From assembly GCA_048428865.1 (NCBI GenBank), contig DBFOPP010000051.1, positions 1,302 to 65,301 on the forward strand: a stretch of 64,000 nt of DNA, read 5' to 3'. The DNA comes from Collinsella sp. (GTDB lineage Bacteria; Actinomycetota; Coriobacteriia; Coriobacteriales; Coriobacteriaceae). The notes beneath the pieces are model-generated. The model did no database searches. It worked only from the letters and a program-made list of their open reading frames with translations, and was not told the DNA's origin. Position numbers and translations under genes: made by a program. Shown piece after piece: positions 1 through 9,359 of the stretch (within the stretch, counting starts at the first letter, position 1; each line of letters begins with the position of its first letter).

Positions 1-838
1 GGTCGTGAGCTCCAGTTACACCAGCAACGAGTTCGTGCATGCCACCCCGGCCTACGTCAACGAGAACACCCTGGCCGTCGTCGTGTCCATGCGCGGCACC
101 AAGGAGACCATCGTCGCCGCCCAGGTCGCCAAGGACCACGGCGCCAGCACCATCGCCATCTATGTTGACGAGTCCGGCCTCACCGAGGTCTGCGACTACA
201 AGATCCAGTACGACAGTCTGGCCGTCGACGAGTCCTGCATGGGCCGCACCAACTCCGCCGTCGTGACCATGATCGCCATGGAGCTCACGCAGCAGACCGA
301 GGGCTATGCCGAGTATGAGACCGCCATGGCCGCCTTCGATCTGGTCGATCCCATCTACCGCAAGGCCGTCGAGTACACCCGCCCGTTGGCCGCCAAGTGG
401 GCCGAGCAGAACGCCGACAAGCCCTGCATCAACGTGATGGCTCAGGGCCCGCTCTTTGGCGCCGCCTACGTCTTTAGCATCTGCAACGTTCAGGAGATGC
501 TGCAGATCGACTCCTGCGCCATCAACACCTGTGACTTCTTCCACGGCCCCTTCGAGATCCTGGACAAGCGCACCTCGCTGTTCCAGCTCATCAGCGTCGG
601 CCGCAGCCGCTGCAACGACGAGCGCGGCATCCGCTTCGTTAACCAGTATGGTGGCGAGCGCGTCTATCAGCTCGACGCCAAGGAGCTCGGCCTCAACGAC
701 ATCAAGGACAGCGTGAGCGAGTACTTCAACCACCTGATCTTCGCCCCGATCCTCAACAACGTCTACATGCGTGCGCTTTCCGCCGTCACCCACAAGGACT
801 ACATGACGCGCCGTTACATGTGGAAGCTCGATTATTAG
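1..838 (+). CDS. SIS-domain sugar-phosphate deglycase (FrlB-like), 5' truncated by window edge
   Basis: ORF open from window start; SMRGTKET sugar-phosphate loop, DFFHGPFE motif and C-terminal RRYMWKLDY typical of FrlB/GfrF-type SIS proteins. Confidence 0.85.
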   Translation, partial: VVSSSYTSNEFVHATPAYVNENTLAVVVSMRGTKETIVAAQVAKDHGASTIAIYVDESGLTEVCDYKIQYDSLAVDESCMGRTNSAVVTMIAMELTQQTEGYAEYETAMAAFDLVDPIYRKAVEYTRPLAAKWAEQNADKPCINVMAQGPLFGAAYVFSICNVQEMLQIDSCAINTCDFFHGPFEILDKRTSLFQLISVGRSRCNDERGIRFVNQYGGERVYQLDAKELGLNDIKDSVSEYFNHLIFAPILNNVYMRALSAVTHKDYMTRRYMWKLDY

Positions 839-865
839 TTACGCGGTTTTACCAAACCGCGTAAC
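838..865 (+). terminator. Hairpin directly after the SIS gene
   Basis: gttacgcggttt-tacc-aaaccgcgtaac perfect 12-bp stem; no U-tract. Confidence 0.45.
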
Positions 866-869
866 AGGC

Positions 870-990
870 CGACGCTGCGCGGGCCGCATTTGGACAATCT
901 GACGTTCAACTTCAAGGGCGCGACCAGAAGGTCAGCGCCCTTTCGCTTCACGTCACCTTGCCTCAAATGCGACCCGCTCGCTGTCCGTCC
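870..990. repeat. Long interrupted intergenic hairpin, related to the element at 44071-44171
   Basis: Nested arms cgcatttg/caaatgcg, caa-tc-tgacgt/acgtca-cc-ttg, aagggcgc/gcgccctt, gacc/ggtc. Confidence 0.6.
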
Positions 991-1014
991 TCTATCTGCG
1001 GCGTTGCCTCGGTT

Positions 1015-1130
1015 GGCACTTGGGGACGTTCCTTTTGTGCCGGCACTTGGGGACACTCCTGGGATTGGTGCAAAGGGGTCAGGTTACTTTGCACCAAGTT
1101 GGTGCATATACACCTGACCCCTTTGCGCCA
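1015..1130. repeat. Cluster of GGGGAC/GGGGTCAG REP-like units
   Basis: ggcacttggggac twice (1015, 1042); tggtgcaaaggggtcagg (1066-1083) inverted with cctgacccctttgcgcca (1113-1130). Confidence 0.65.
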
Positions 1131-1161
1131 CCCGCTCGCCGATTGTGTCTTGAAAATTGTA

Positions 1162-1178
1162 TATAACGACTATAACGT
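1162..1178. promoter_or_regulatory. Putative GntR(FrlR-like) operator
   Basis: tataacgactataacgt; reverse complement of the ACGTTATA core also present at 2447 and 8323. Confidence 0.45.
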
Positions 1179-1217
1179 AGTACGAAACATATTGGTAACA
1201 AAGCCAAGGAGGCTGCG

Positions 1218-2300
1218 TTGAAGAAAAGCAATCTGGGCTATGCGCTGGTGCTGATCGCCGCGCTTATGTGGGGCACCATCGGAATCTTTGTCAATGGCAT
1301 CTCGGCCATGGGCATTACGTCCCAGAGCATGGCGGCCTTCCGTCTACTGGTCGGTGCGCTTATCCTGGCGCCTGTCCTTGCGTTTATGGGCTGCCGCCCC
1401 GGCGAGGGAGCGACCACGGCGCCGAGTCCGCTGGCCCTGTTCAAGGCGAGCCCCAAAGAGCTCATCCCCTGCGCGCTCGTCGGCATCATCGGCCTTGCCA
1501 CCGCCAACACGCTCTATTACGAGTGCATGCGCGAGGTGGGCATGTCCACGGCATCGGTCCTGCTCTACACCTCGCCGGTCTTTGGCTGCATCTTGGGCCG
1601 CATACTCTATAAAGAGCGCGTCACCTCGGTAAAGCTCATGGCTATCGCCTTTAACATCATGGGCTGTGTGCTCGCGGTGACAAACGGTGACCTGTCTGGT
1701 TTTCATTTCTCGGTTTGGGGCGTTGCGTCGGGCGTGATCGCAGGTCTTTGCGGTACGCTGCTGGCAGTATTTAGCCGCATGGCCACCAAGACGGTCCACC
1801 CGCTGGCGGTCACGTTTTGGGGTTTTGTCTTTGGTGGCGCCGTCATGGCGGCCATCACGGCGCCGTGGCCGGATGTGGTGGCGGCAATGTCGCCGCAGCT
1901 CATCCTGCTCTTCGCGGGCTTTGGCCTGATCCCCACGGCCGTGGCATACATCCTATATATGCAGGGCCTGTCCATGGGGCTCGAGACATCGAAGGTTCCG
2001 GTTGTGATGTCGTTCGAGACGGTCGTCACCGTTTTGCTGGGCATCGGCATCTATGCCGAGTCCGCCGGCGCGATCAAGGTCCTGGGTATCGTCTTGGTGC
2101 TTTCGTCCATCCTGATTATGAACACCGACTTCTCCAAGCTGCGCAACGGCGTCATTGTGAAACGTATTGTCGAGAGCATGACCTTTAAGCCCAACGCGTG
2201 GTGGACCGAAAAATCGCAGGACATGGATCTGTTTAGCGAACGCACGGGCATCACGCTGCAGACCAATGTTCAGGAAAGCCCCTGGTACTTCGTGCGATAG
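1218..2300 (+). CDS. EamA/DMT family transporter
   Basis: About 10 hydrophobic segments, LMWG start motif, LLYTSPVF and FETVV motifs; RBS aaggagg before TTG. Confidence 0.85.
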   Translation: MKKSNLGYALVLIAALMWGTIGIFVNGISAMGITSQSMAAFRLLVGALILAPVLAFMGCRPGEGATTAPSPLALFKASPKELIPCALVGIIGLATANTLYYECMREVGMSTASVLLYTSPVFGCILGRILYKERVTSVKLMAIAFNIMGCVLAVTNGDLSGFHFSVWGVASGVIAGLCGTLLAVFSRMATKTVHPLAVTFWGFVFGGAVMAAITAPWPDVVAAMSPQLILLFAGFGLIPTAVAYILYMQGLSMGLETSKVPVVMSFETVVTVLLGIGIYAESAGAIKVLGIVLVLSSILIMNTDFSKLRNGVIVKRIVESMTFKPNAWWTEKSQDMDLFSERTGITLQTNVQESPWYFVR

Positions 2301-2440
2301 GGGATGGGCGCGCCGCCAAATCGCCTGTCACCCATCCAGCGCCGGCCCACCCCGCGCCAACGTTTCAAATGCGTTAAACCCGTAAACGGTCGATTTTCAT
2401 CCGCGAACGGTCTTTATACTAATTAACAATATCACCAACG

Positions 2441-2467
2441 TATAAGACGTTATAATGACCATAACGA
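2441..2467. promoter_or_regulatory. Promoter/operator of the PTS operon
   Basis: AAGACGTTATA (2444-2454), identical to 8320-8330, overlapping a TATAAT -10 hexamer (2451-2456). Confidence 0.55.
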
Positions 2468-2482
2468 AAAGGAGGAGGCAAG

Positions 2483-3406
2483 ATGAATCAGATCATTCTC
2501 GCATCTCATGGCGGCCTGGCCGCAGGCGCCAAAGACACGCTCGAGATGGTTCTCGGCGACGTGTCGAACGTCCACGTCGTGTCGCTTGCTCGTGACGACA
2601 AGGAGCCCATCACCAACAAGGTGGACGCCATGATCGCCACGTTCAACGCGGACGACACCGTCTATGTGCTAACCGATATGCTCGGTAGCTCGGTCAACAA
2701 CAACATGGTCGAGCTTTCCAAGAATGGCACGGCATTCACGGTCATCAGCGGTTTCAACATTCCGCTGGCGCTCACGCTCGCTATGAGCCCCGCCCCCATC
2801 AAGGGCGCCGAGCTCGCGGCCCTCATCAACGAGGCCCGCACCGGTCTGACCAACCCCAACGCACCGGTCGAGGCCGCCGCGGCTCCCGCCAAGAAGGCCA
2901 AGGCGTCCCGTCACAGCTCCGGTCCCGCCAAGATCGTCCTCGCACGTCTTGACTACCGTCTGCTGCACGGCCAGGTCGTCTTTACCTGGACCACCAAGGT
3001 TCAGGCCGAGCGCATCATCGTCGTCGACAACGCTGCCGCCAACGATGACATCAAGAAGGGCGCTCTTAAGCTGGCCAAGCCCCAGGGCGTGCGCCTGAAC
3101 GTCTTCACCGTCGAGCGTGCCCTCGCCAAGATGGACAAGCTCAACACCCTCGGCGAGCGCGTCATGTTCGTCTTTGGCAACACTGCCGAGATGCTGCAGT
3201 TCTGCCAGGGCTACAAGCTCGACGCCATCAACCTGGGCGCCACCGCCAACCACGACGGTGCCGATCAGATTGGCGGCAAGGACAGCTCCGTCTTCCTCGA
3301 CGCCACCCAGAAGGCCGACGTCAACCAGCTGCTCGACATGGGCATCAAGCTCTACGTCCAGCAGACCCCTACGTATCAGAGCGTCGACATCGACGCCAAG
3401 CTGTAA
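2483..3406 (+). CDS. PTS mannose/fructose/sorbose family fused EIIA-EIIB
   Basis: IILASHG and DMLGSS (IIA), Ala/Pro/Lys linker, RLDYRLLHGQV (IIB phospho-His motif). Confidence 0.93.
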   Translation: MNQIILASHGGLAAGAKDTLEMVLGDVSNVHVVSLARDDKEPITNKVDAMIATFNADDTVYVLTDMLGSSVNNNMVELSKNGTAFTVISGFNIPLALTLAMSPAPIKGAELAALINEARTGLTNPNAPVEAAAAPAKKAKASRHSSGPAKIVLARLDYRLLHGQVVFTWTTKVQAERIIVVDNAAANDDIKKGALKLAKPQGVRLNVFTVERALAKMDKLNTLGERVMFVFGNTAEMLQFCQGYKLDAINLGATANHDGADQIGGKDSSVFLDATQKADVNQLLDMGIKLYVQQTPTYQSVDIDAKL

Positions 3407-3442
3407 TCAACCAGGCTTTTGCCTGACTGAAAGGAGAAGGGT

Positions 3443-4237
3443 ATGAATACGTTCATCAGTGCGGTGCTCGTCGGCCTCGTCGGCGTGTTCTGCATGTGGG
3501 ACTCCCGCCTGCTCGGTCGTCTTAACTTCGAGCAGCCCCTCGTTGGCGCTACGCTCGTCGGTCTGCTGCTGGGCGATGTACCCACCGGCCTTGCCGTCGG
3601 TGCCGCCGTCGAGCTCGTGTCCATGGGCCTGGTGCAGGTCGGCGCCGCCGTTCCGCCCGATATGGTCCTGGGCGGCATCGTGGCCGCTGCCTTTGCGTGC
3701 CTGACCGATGCTTCCGCCGAGACCGCCATGACGATCGCCATCCCGGTCGCCGTCCTGGGTCAGCTCCTCGGCATCGTGTTCCGTTCCATCATCGCCGCCC
3801 TCACCCATGTGGCAGATAGCGCGATCGATAACGGAAAGTTCAAGACCGCTTACCGTATGCACATCTGCGCCGGCTCCGGTCTGTACGCCGTCATGTACTT
3901 CCTGCCGATCTTCCTCGCCGTCTTTGTTGGCACCGACTTGGTTCAGGCCATCGTCAACATGGTTCCCGAGTGGCTGTCCACTGGTCTTAACGTTTCGACC
4001 AAGATCATGACCGCCTACGGCTTGGCCCTGCTGCTCACCATGATGATCAAGAAGGGTATGACTCCGTTCCTGTTCATCGGTTTCCTGCTCGCCGCTTACC
4101 TCAACCTGTCCGTCATCGCGGTCGCTCTGATCGGTGTGTGCCTGGCTGTCGTCTTCATGGGCTTCAAGTTCAACGGTTCCCATGCAGCCGCCGGTGTCGA
4201 TTCCGACTACGATCCGCTCGAAGACGACGAAGACTAA
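3443..4237 (+). CDS. PTS mannose family EIIC
   Basis: QPLVGATLVGLLLGD..TGL..GAAVEL and GAAVPPD motifs. Confidence 0.93.
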   Translation: MNTFISAVLVGLVGVFCMWDSRLLGRLNFEQPLVGATLVGLLLGDVPTGLAVGAAVELVSMGLVQVGAAVPPDMVLGGIVAAAFACLTDASAETAMTIAIPVAVLGQLLGIVFRSIIAALTHVADSAIDNGKFKTAYRMHICAGSGLYAVMYFLPIFLAVFVGTDLVQAIVNMVPEWLSTGLNVSTKIMTAYGLALLLTMMIKKGMTPFLFIGFLLAAYLNLSVIAVALIGVCLAVVFMGFKFNGSHAAAGVDSDYDPLEDDED

Positions 4238-4250
4238 GGAGGAACACACT

Positions 4251-5084
4251 ATGGCAACCGCAACCAAGGACGTGTCCCTGAACAAGAAGGTCAGCCAGTT
4301 CTTCTGGCGCTCCTGGGCCATCCAGGCCTCTTGGAACTACGAGCGTCAGATGAACATGGGCTTCCTCTACGGCATGGTTCCCACGCTCGATCGCCTCTAT
4401 CCGGATGAGTCCGACCCCAAGCAGCTCGCTGCTAAGAAAGAGGCTTACCACCGTCACATGGCGTTCTACAACTGCACCCCGCAGACGAGCGCTTTTGTCC
4501 TGGGCCTCGCCGCCTCCATGGAGGAGGAGTACGCCAAGGATCCCGAGAACTTCGATCCCGATTCGATCAACGCGGTCAAGACATCCCTCATGGGTCCGCT
4601 TTCCGGCATCGGTGACTCCTTCTTCCAGGGCACCATCCGCGTTATCGCCTTTGGCCTGGGCGTTCAGCTGGCTCAGCAGGGCTCCATCATGGGCCCGATC
4701 CTGGCCATGCTCATCTCCATCGTCCCCTCTGTGCTGATCACTTGGTTCGCAGCCAAGATGGGCTATCAGGGCGGCCACGAGTACCTGAGCAAGCTTCAGG
4801 GCGGCGACCTCATGGAGAAGCTCATGTATGTCTGCGGCATCGTGGGTCTTATGTCCGTGGGCGGCATGATCGCTACGCTGATCGGCGCCACCACCCCGCT
4901 GCAGTTCGCTGACGGCACCGTCTTGATCCAGGACATCCTGGACGGCATGATGCCTCAGATGATCTCCCTTGGCCTCACCGGCCTTATGTACTGGCTCATC
5001 AAGAAGAACGTCAACACCGGTTGGCTTCTCGTGATCGCCATCGTGGGCGGCATCGCCCTCTCCGCGGCCGGCATCCTGGCCTAG
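4251..5084 (+). CDS. PTS mannose family EIID
   Basis: SWNYERQMNMGF and KTSLMGPLSGIGDSFF motifs; ATG 4251 after RBS aaggagg. Confidence 0.93.
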   Translation: MATATKDVSLNKKVSQFFWRSWAIQASWNYERQMNMGFLYGMVPTLDRLYPDESDPKQLAAKKEAYHRHMAFYNCTPQTSAFVLGLAASMEEEYAKDPENFDPDSINAVKTSLMGPLSGIGDSFFQGTIRVIAFGLGVQLAQQGSIMGPILAMLISIVPSVLITWFAAKMGYQGGHEYLSKLQGGDLMEKLMYVCGIVGLMSVGGMIATLIGATTPLQFADGTVLIQDILDGMMPQMISLGLTGLMYWLIKKNVNTGWLLVIAIVGGIALSAAGILA

Positions 5085-5161
5085 TCGCGACTAAGCGCCT
5101 AACCGCTTTCCCCCGGGAGCCTGCCTGGCATCCCATACCCCAGACAGGCTTCCATCCCTAA

Positions 5162-5192
5162 ATGTGTCAAAGGGACAGTCCCTTTGACACAT
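5162..5192. repeat. Perfect 15-bp palindrome carrying GGGACAG
   Basis: atgtgtcaaagggac-a-gtccctttgacacat. Confidence 0.75.
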
Positions 5193-5282
5193 CCTCAACG
5201 GGCCGGCGACTCGGTCCAAATCACGGTAACCCTGCGTGCGTCCGGCAATGTGGCGTCGCAAAAATCGAAAGGAATGTGTCAG

Positions 5283-6266
5283 ATGTACGAGATCGACCTT
5301 AACCTCCCTAAGCAGATCGTCGCTGACGTCCTGTCCAACCACGAGATTCACAGCGTTGCCTTCGTCGGCTGCGGCGCTTCCATGTCCGACCTTTACCCCG
5401 CCAAGTACTTCCTGGCCAACAACACGGACAAGCTGAACGTTCAGATCTTCACCGCTAACGAGTTCAACTACGACACGCCTTCCTGGGTCAACGAGCACAC
5501 CTTCGTGATCACCTGCTCCCTCGGTGGCTCCACGCCCGAGACCGTCGAGGCCAACAAGACCGCCAAGAAGCACAACTGCCCGGTCGTCTCCCTCACCAAC
5601 AAGGCTGGCTCCGCTCTGACCGTCGATGCCGACCACGTCATCGTTCACGGCTTCCACGCCAACTACGCTGCCAAGTGCGAGAAGCCCGGCTATGCCATCG
5701 CTCTTGCTCTCGAGATCCTTCAGCAGACCGAGGGCTATGACCACTACGAGGACATGATCACCGGCCTCACCAACGTCTTCGATCTCTGCGAGAACGCCGC
5801 TCAGCACTGCAAGAAGCTCGCCAAGAAGTTCGCCGAGGACTTCAAGGACGACAAGATGATCTACTTCATGGCTTCCGGTGCCTCCGAGAAGATGGCTTAT
5901 TCTCACGCCGCCTTCCTGTTCACCGAGATGCAGTGGATCGACGCCGCCGCCTACAACACCGGCGAGTACTTCCACGGCCCGTTCGAGGTTTCCACCGAGG
6001 GTAAGCCCTACGTCTTCTTCATGTCCGATGGCGCTACCCGTCCGATGGACGCCCGCGCCCTCACCTTCCTTGAGCGCATGGGCGCCAAGGTCGCTCTGAT
6101 CGACTCCAAGGACTACGGCCTGGCTGACGCCGTGCCCGCGAGCGTCATCACCTACTTCAACCCGCTGCTGCACCTCGCCGTTATGCGTGAGTACGGCAAC
6201 CAGATCGCCGAGGCCCGTCAGCACCCGCTGACCATGCGTCGCTACATGTGGAAGCTTTCCTACTAA
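5283..6266 (+). CDS. frlB: SIS-domain fructoselysine-6-phosphate deglycase-like protein
   Basis: FVGCGAS, SLGGSTPET, EMQW, GEYFHGPFE and HPLTMRRYMWK motifs; start set from RBS gaaagga. Confidence 0.85.
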   Translation: MYEIDLNLPKQIVADVLSNHEIHSVAFVGCGASMSDLYPAKYFLANNTDKLNVQIFTANEFNYDTPSWVNEHTFVITCSLGGSTPETVEANKTAKKHNCPVVSLTNKAGSALTVDADHVIVHGFHANYAAKCEKPGYAIALALEILQQTEGYDHYEDMITGLTNVFDLCENAAQHCKKLAKKFAEDFKDDKMIYFMASGASEKMAYSHAAFLFTEMQWIDAAAYNTGEYFHGPFEVSTEGKPYVFFMSDGATRPMDARALTFLERMGAKVALIDSKDYGLADAVPASVITYFNPLLHLAVMREYGNQIAEARQHPLTMRRYMWKLSY

Positions 6267-6373
6267 TCACAAAGTAAGTAGACCTTACGGATTGATTGAG
6301 AGGGGATGGGGTTTGCGCCCCATCCCTTTTTTGCTTTGGGAAGGGCGTGCCCGTCGCGCCGCAAAACCCCAGA

Positions 6374-6403
6374 AAACCCTACCAAAATAAACCTGTCCCT
6401 TTT
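6374..6403 (-). repeat. GGGACAGGTTTATTTTGG repeat, copy 1 (inverted)
   Basis: aaaccctaccaaaataaacctgtcccttttt is the reverse complement of the copies at 7055 and 17909. Confidence 0.8.
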
Positions 6404-6425
6404 TGGCAGGTGGAAGGAGATGCGT

Positions 6426-7055
6426 ATGATCAAGGCGGTGCTGTTTGACATGGACGGCGTGCTGGTCGATACCGAGTGGTTCTACAACCGTCGTCGCGTG
6501 GCGTTTATGGAAGAGAAGGGGTTCCATTTTGACGAGATCCCCGATCTTTCGGGGTCTAACGAGCCCGCCATTTGGGAGGCGCTGGTGCCCGACGATATTG
6601 AGCTGCGCGAGCGCCTGCGCGTGGAGTACAAGCAGGTCTACAGCCCGGACCACCCTGTTCCGTATGCCGAGCTACTCAACGAGCAGACGGAGCCAGTGAT
6701 GCGCGAGCTGCACGAGCGCGGCGTGAAGTGTGCCATCGCAAGCTCGTCCTATCGCGAGCTCATTGACGAGCTGGTTGAGATTGCCGGTATCGCCGACGTG
6801 CTGGATTACACCATCAGCGGTCACGAGTGCAGTGCGTTTAAGCCCGACCCCGAGATCTACCTGCGTGCCATGAAAGCGCTGGGTGTGGAGCCTGCCGAGT
6901 GCCTGGTTATCGAGGATTCGCCTTTGGGCATCGAGGCTGGCAAGCGTTCCGGCGCCCGCGTCCTGGCGCTGCGTCCGCACGAGGGCGTCAACCTGGATCA
7001 GTCCGCCGCCGACGTTGTCATCGACAACCTGACCGACATCCTACCTGCCATTTAG
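6426..7055 (+). CDS. HAD-superfamily phosphatase (beta-PGM/CbbY-like)
   Basis: Motif I FDMDGVLVDTE, ASSS, KPDPEIY, EDSPLG. Confidence 0.9.
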   Translation: MIKAVLFDMDGVLVDTEWFYNRRRVAFMEEKGFHFDEIPDLSGSNEPAIWEALVPDDIELRERLRVEYKQVYSPDHPVPYAELLNEQTEPVMRELHERGVKCAIASSSYRELIDELVEIAGIADVLDYTISGHECSAFKPDPEIYLRAMKALGVEPAECLVIEDSPLGIEAGKRSGARVLALRPHEGVNLDQSAADVVIDNLTDILPAI

Positions 7056-7094
7056 GGACAGGTTTATTTTGGCAGGTTTTATCTGGGCAAACGC
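7055..7094 (+). repeat. GGGACAGGTTTATTTTGG repeat, copy 2
   Basis: gggacaggtttattttggcaggttttatctgggcaaacgc, identical to 17909-17948. Confidence 0.85.
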
Positions 7095-7100
7095 CGAATT

Positions 7101-7140
7101 CGCCGTGAAGGGATCGCTCTCTTCACGGCGTTTTTCTTTT
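7101..7140 (+). terminator. Intrinsic terminator
   Basis: cgccgtgaag...cttcacggcg stem followed by tttttctttt. Confidence 0.75.
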
Positions 7141-7261
7141 AAGCGGCCTCACGGTCCTTCTGACGGTTGTCGAGAGAGGGTGAATTGAAGCGCCCCCGCA
7201 CGCTCCATGCTACAATCGCGGCCATGCCCCACAACTACATCTGCCTTCGAAAGGAGCCTAC

Positions 7262-8269
7262 GTGGCGAACGCCATCGATCAGCTCACGGACCGCGTGCTC
7301 GTGCTCGGCCGCCTCACCATCGTCCGCCGCGCCATCACCGCCGTGGCGGTCACCATTTCCGCCGTTCTCCAGACATTCCTGATCCAGGCGTTCATTCAGC
7401 CCGCCGACCTGCTTCCGAGCGGCCTCACCGGCGTCGCGGTCCTGCTCGATCGCGTTACCTCGCTGGGCGGCGTTCACATCGACATCTCGCTCGGTATGCT
7501 TGCGCTCAACATTCCCGTGGCGCTCCTATGCTGGAGCGGCATTAGCAAGCGCTTCGTCATCTTCTCGATGATGCAGGTTGCGCTCTCATCGCTGTTCCTC
7601 AACATCTTTCACTTCGCCCCGTTTCTGGGCGACAAGATTATGCTCATCATTTTTGGCGGCGTGGTCTCGGGTCTGGGCGCTGCCATCGCGCTAAAGTCCG
7701 GCGCATCCACCGGCGGAACCGACTTTATCGCGCTGTGGGTTTCCAACCACACGGGCAAGACCATCTGGGGCGTCATCTTTGGTTTCAACTGCGCTATCCT
7801 GGCGATCTTTGGCTTTATGTTTGGCTGGGACAACGCGGCGTACTCCATCGTGTTCCAGTTTATTTCGACTAAGACTATCGACAGCTTCTATCATCGCTAC
7901 GACCGCGTGACGCTTCAGATCACGACGCGCAAGGCAGATGAGGTCATGACCGCCTATGTTGACCATTTTCAGCACGGCATTAGCTGCGCCGAGGTCATCG
8001 GCGGATACAGCCGCGAAAAGATGTATCTGCTGCACGCTGTTGTCTCGACCTACGAGAGTCAGGACATTATCAAGCTGGTGTGCGACATTGATCCCGGCGC
8101 CGTGATCAATGTGTTCCACACGCTCAACTTTGTGGGCGGATGGTGGGGCGGTCATGTCGACGAGCCCATGCCCACGGCCGTACCCGATCCCGACAAGCCC
8201 GCTCGCATGGCGAGCAGGCAGGCTCGCCTCATCGAGCAAGACAGCCTGCAGCAGGACGACGGCAGGTAA
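7262..8269 (+). CDS. YitT family membrane protein (DUF161 + DUF2179)
   Basis: SGLTGVA, LNIP, GASTGGTDFIA motifs, C-terminal GGYS...IDPGAVINV domain. Confidence 0.88.
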   Translation: MANAIDQLTDRVLVLGRLTIVRRAITAVAVTISAVLQTFLIQAFIQPADLLPSGLTGVAVLLDRVTSLGGVHIDISLGMLALNIPVALLCWSGISKRFVIFSMMQVALSSLFLNIFHFAPFLGDKIMLIIFGGVVSGLGAAIALKSGASTGGTDFIALWVSNHTGKTIWGVIFGFNCAILAIFGFMFGWDNAAYSIVFQFISTKTIDSFYHRYDRVTLQITTRKADEVMTAYVDHFQHGISCAEVIGGYSREKMYLLHAVVSTYESQDIIKLVCDIDPGAVINVFHTLNFVGGWWGGHVDEPMPTAVPDPDKPARMASRQARLIEQDSLQQDDGR

Positions 8270-8319
8270 GGATTTGCTGTATGTGGTGTATCGTTTTATC
8301 AAACTGAGGTAACATATAA

Positions 8320-8337
8320 AAAGACGTTATATACGTA
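8320..8337. promoter_or_regulatory. Putative GntR autoregulatory operator
   Basis: AAGACGTTATA identical to the PTS promoter motif; AT-rich region upstream of the gntR gene. Confidence 0.5.
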
Positions 8338-8373
8338 TTAGTTATTTCGATATTTTGATAAGAGTGATCAGAC

Positions 8374-9093
8374 ATGCCTGCACCCAAAAATGCACCGCTT
8401 TACCAGCAGATTTACGACGAAATCAAGGATGCGATCGAGAAAGGTGTTTATGCACCCAAGGAGCGTATTCCTTCCGAGCTTGAGCTAGCCGAGCAGTATG
8501 AGGTGAGCCGAATTACGGTGCGCCGCGCCGTCGAGGAGCTGTGCTCCGATGGCTATCTGGTTAAGCAGCAGGGCCGCGGCACCTTTGTCTCCACGCCGCA
8601 CATCAATCGCCAGTTCCACGCCTCGACGCTGCAGACGTTTACCGCGCTGTGTGCCGACAACGGCATGAAGGCGGGCGCACATGTGGTCGATCGTCAGATC
8701 GTTCCGGCGCGCCAAAACGAGATGGAGTTCTTTGGCCTGCAGAAGGATGCGCTGCTGCTGCATATCAAGCGCGTGCGTACGGCCGACGGCGAGCCCATCT
8801 TTGAGGAGAACATCTTTGTGCCGTTTGACGCCTACCGTGAGCTGTTGACGGCCGATCTTGAGGACAAGTCGATTTTTGCCGAGGTCGAGCGTGTTGGCGG
8901 AACGCCGATTGTCTCGGTTGGCTACCGCACGGTCGAGGCCGTTCGCGCCAATGCCGAGCAGGCGGCCGAGTTGGGCATTGCTCCGCACGATCCGCTGCTC
9001 AACCTGCGTGCCGGCTTTATCGGCCCCAATGGCGAGCCGGTCCTGATGGGTAAGCAGTACTACGTGGGTAGCCGCTACGTCATGGTCATGTAG
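8374..9093 (+). CDS. GntR/HutC-family regulator with UTRA domain (FrlR-like)
   Basis: PLYQQI...IPSELELAEQYEVSRITVRRA...QGRGTFV wHTH followed by UTRA domain. Confidence 0.92.
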   Translation: MPAPKNAPLYQQIYDEIKDAIEKGVYAPKERIPSELELAEQYEVSRITVRRAVEELCSDGYLVKQQGRGTFVSTPHINRQFHASTLQTFTALCADNGMKAGAHVVDRQIVPARQNEMEFFGLQKDALLLHIKRVRTADGEPIFEENIFVPFDAYRELLTADLEDKSIFAEVERVGGTPIVSVGYRTVEAVRANAEQAAELGIAPHDPLLNLRAGFIGPNGEPVLMGKQYYVGSRYVMVM

Positions 9094-9165
9094 GGTTGGT
9101 TCCGCCGTTCTGACGAACGGCGGACCGGTCGACGCCGCAAGCCCGCCAGAGCGGCAATCTGCAGA

Positions 9166-9263
9166 ATGAGCGTGGAAAATCTCCCGTCTTTGGCTCGGTT
9201 ACGGCCTCAAAGTGGGAGATTATCCACGCTCATCCGGAAAGTGTCCAAAAATCCACGCTCGTT
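9166..9263 (-). repeat. GAGCGTGGA-family palindromic element, copy A (orphan, reverse orientation)
   Basis: atgagcgtggaaaatctccc...gggagattatccacgctcat hairpin plus an extra tccacgctcg unit; reverse complement aligns with 15737-15856. Confidence 0.85.
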
Positions 9264-9359
9264 CCTTTCGGATTGCGCCGCCCGTGGCCGGCAGCCGTGC
9301 GCCACCGGTCCGCGTGGCGGCGTATAATCGGCGGCAGATGACTTGGACGTTAGGAAACC

